From an uncultured delta proteobacterium (GTDB taxonomy: Bacteria; Desulfobacterota; WTBG01; CAIYCZ01; CAIRTM01), in the NCBI GenBank assembly GCA_963804955.1, contig CAWDSQ010000005.1:96001-160000 (forward strand): a DNA stretch of 64,000 nt, given 5' to 3'. The notes under the pieces were generated by a model. The model was given only the letters and a program-made list of their open reading frames with translations, made no database searches and had not been told where the DNA came from. The position numbers were made by a program, and so were the translations under genes. The first letter of the stretch is position 1. Each line of letters opens with the position of its first letter. This document shows positions 62,090-64,000 of the stretch, piece by piece.

Positions 62090-64000
62090 ATGAGCGTACA
62101 GGCAAAAAACACAGGTGCAGTTATGGTGGTCGGGGGCGGCATTGCCGGCATTCAGGCATCCCTTGATCTGGCAGAGCTTGGCTATTTTGTCTATCTGGTG
62201 GAGCAGTCCTCGGCCATCGGAGGCACCATGGCCCAGCTGGACAAGACATTTCCAACGCTTGACTGCGCAATGTGAATTTTGTCTCCCAAACTCGTTGAGT
62301 CTGGAAGACATGCAAATATAAAGATCATATCCAATGCCCAGGTTGCGTCCATCGCGGGCGAGCCCGGAGCATTCAGGGTCAGTGTGCTCAAAAAGCCGCG
62401 GTACGTGGACGAGGAGAAGTGCACGGCCTGCGGCACCTGCACGTCATACTGCCCGGTTGAAATTCCCGATGAGTATAATGAGCGCCTGAGCAAAACCAAG
62501 GCACTCTATATTGCCTATCCGCAGGCAGTGCCTGCCTCATTTACCATCGACCCGAAGCACTGCCTTTTTCTGGTGAAAAAGGAATGCCGGCAGTGCGAGC
62601 AGGCCTGCAAGGACATTAAGGCAATCCAGCTCAACCAGAAGGACGAGACCATAGAGCTTGACGTTGGCGCACTGATTCTTGCGCCCGGCTTTGACGAGTT
62701 TGAAGCCCGAAAAAAGCAGGATTACGGCTATGGCGAGTTTGCCAATGTCGTCACGAGCATTGAGTTTGAAAGAATTCAGTCAGCCTCCGGCCCGTTTCAG
62801 GGCCATGTTGTGCGGCCCTCGGACAGCAAGCCCCCAAAAAAAATAGCCTTTCTCCAGTGCGTGGGCAGCCGCGACATGGCCACCAACAGCTACTGCTCCT
62901 CGGTCTGCTGCACCTATGCGATCAAGGAGGCGATCATTGCAAAAGAGCATGACCCTGACCTTGATGTCGCCATTTTCTATATGGACATACGAACGCAGGG
63001 CAAGGGCTTTGAAAGCTTTTTTGAACGGGCTAAAAATCAGTTCGGCATCCGATTCGTGCGCAGCAAACTGGCTGAGCTTGAAAAGGTTCCGGACACGGAA
63101 GATATGCTGCTGAAGTTTGTGACCGAAGAGGGCAGACATGAGCAGGAAGCCTTTGACCTTGTGGTGCTGTCGGTGGGACTTGAGCCCTCGCGCTCGTCAA
63201 AGGACCTTGCGGCCAGGCTCGGCATAAAGCTCAATAAAGAGGGCTTTTGCAGCACCGGGGAATTTTCTTCGACCAGCACAAGCCGCGAAGGCATTTTTGT
63301 GGCAGGCGCATTCCAGGCGCCCAAGGACATTCCCGAAAGCGTCATTCAGGCAAGCGGCTCGGTGGCCCTTGCGTCATGCCTTCTGTCTGATGTCCGGGGC
63401 ACCATGGTGACAAAGCAGGAGTATGTTGCCGAGACTGATGTGTCTGCGGAAAAGCCCCGCATCGGCGTTTTCGTCTGCCACTGCGGCATCAACATTGCCG
63501 GCGTTGCCGATGTTGCTGCAGTCAAGCAGTATGCCGCAGGCGCTTCCCGATGTCGTGTACGCGGAGAATTCCCTGTATGCCTGCTCGCGTGACTGCCAGG
63601 AAAAAATAAAGCAGGTTATTAAAGAGCAGAACCTGAACCGCGTGGTGGTGGCGGCCTGCACGCCGCGCACGCATGAGCCCCTGTTTCAGGAAACATTGCG
63701 CGAGGCGGGCTTGAACCGCTGCCTGTTTGAAATGGCCAATATCCGCGACCACTGCACCTGGGTGCATGCCCATGAGCCGCAGGCTGCAACGCAGAAGGCA
63801 AAAGACCTCGTGCGCATGGGCGTTGCCAAGGCGCGGCTCCTGTCGGCAATGAAGGAAGAGACCATCGGCGTAGACCCGAAGGGTCTGGTGATCGGCGGCG
63901 GGCTTTCCGGCATGACAGCGGCCCTTGCCCTTGCAGACCAGGGCTTTGATTGTTACCTGGTTGAAAAGGAGCAGGAGCTTGGCGGCCATTTACGGGGTCT
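62090..64000 (+). CDS. hdrA: selenocysteine-containing HdrA (Sec at 62273-62275; frameshift near 63540; runs off the window)
   Basis: [19 protein letters not shown] stays in frame and aligns with DCSMCILSPK of the paralog; later [29 protein letters not shown]. Confidence 0.9.
62280..62310 (+). promoter_or_regulatory. bacterial SECIS-like hairpin
   Basis: TGTCTcCCAaACTC-GTT-GAGTcTGGaAGACA: 12 of 14 positions pair, G/U apical loop, 4-nt gap after the UGA. Confidence 0.75.

Noticed and set aside
1..64000. CRISPR array, rRNA or tRNA genes
   Set aside because: No regularly spaced direct repeats with unique spacers and no recognisable tRNA or rRNA sequence; the repeats found are palindromic REP/MITE types

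Overview
Gene-dense window from a strictly anaerobic bacterium. The tungsten AORs, Hdr-Flx genes and a selenocysteine HdrA suggest a Desulfobacterota/deltaproteobacterium-like organism (inference). About 20 single-base frameshifts are scattered through unrelated genes, including housekeeping ychF, which points to long-read consensus errors; genes were rebuilt across frames by hand. Family calls rest on motifs recalled from memory, not on database searches. Four blocks: (1) 1-14.1 kb, a co-oriented cluster rich in tetrapyrrole-associated folds: MMPL/RND transporter, two PNPOx-like split-barrel proteins (one a cryptic exported CxxCH cytochrome fusion), a ChuY/BVR-B-like SDR, a ferredoxin-dependent bilin reductase homolog, an exported GHSxGG hydrolase, then a MarR-led operon with a membrane Fe-S protein, AOR, an exported ferrochelatase-like protein and two exported flavodoxins. 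This is the best candidate for an undescribed system, possibly anaerobic heme/chlorophyll/bilin catabolism. (2) 14.7-21.8 kb: hybrid kinase, feoB, DtxR-FeoA and small conserved genes. (3) 22-37.6 kb: beta-1,2-glucan synthesis and turnover (opgGH, degenerate ABC transporter, discoidin-glycosidase, GH94 SOGP-like phosphorylase, GH1), followed by kinase, MCP, ychF and prc. (4) 48.5-64 kb: radical SAM maturase, AOR, MoaD, BamC-like ferredoxin, large HdrA, FlxDCBA, HdrC and a UGA/SECIS selenoprotein HdrA. Several REP/MITE elements are present. No rRNA, tRNA or CRISPR array was seen.
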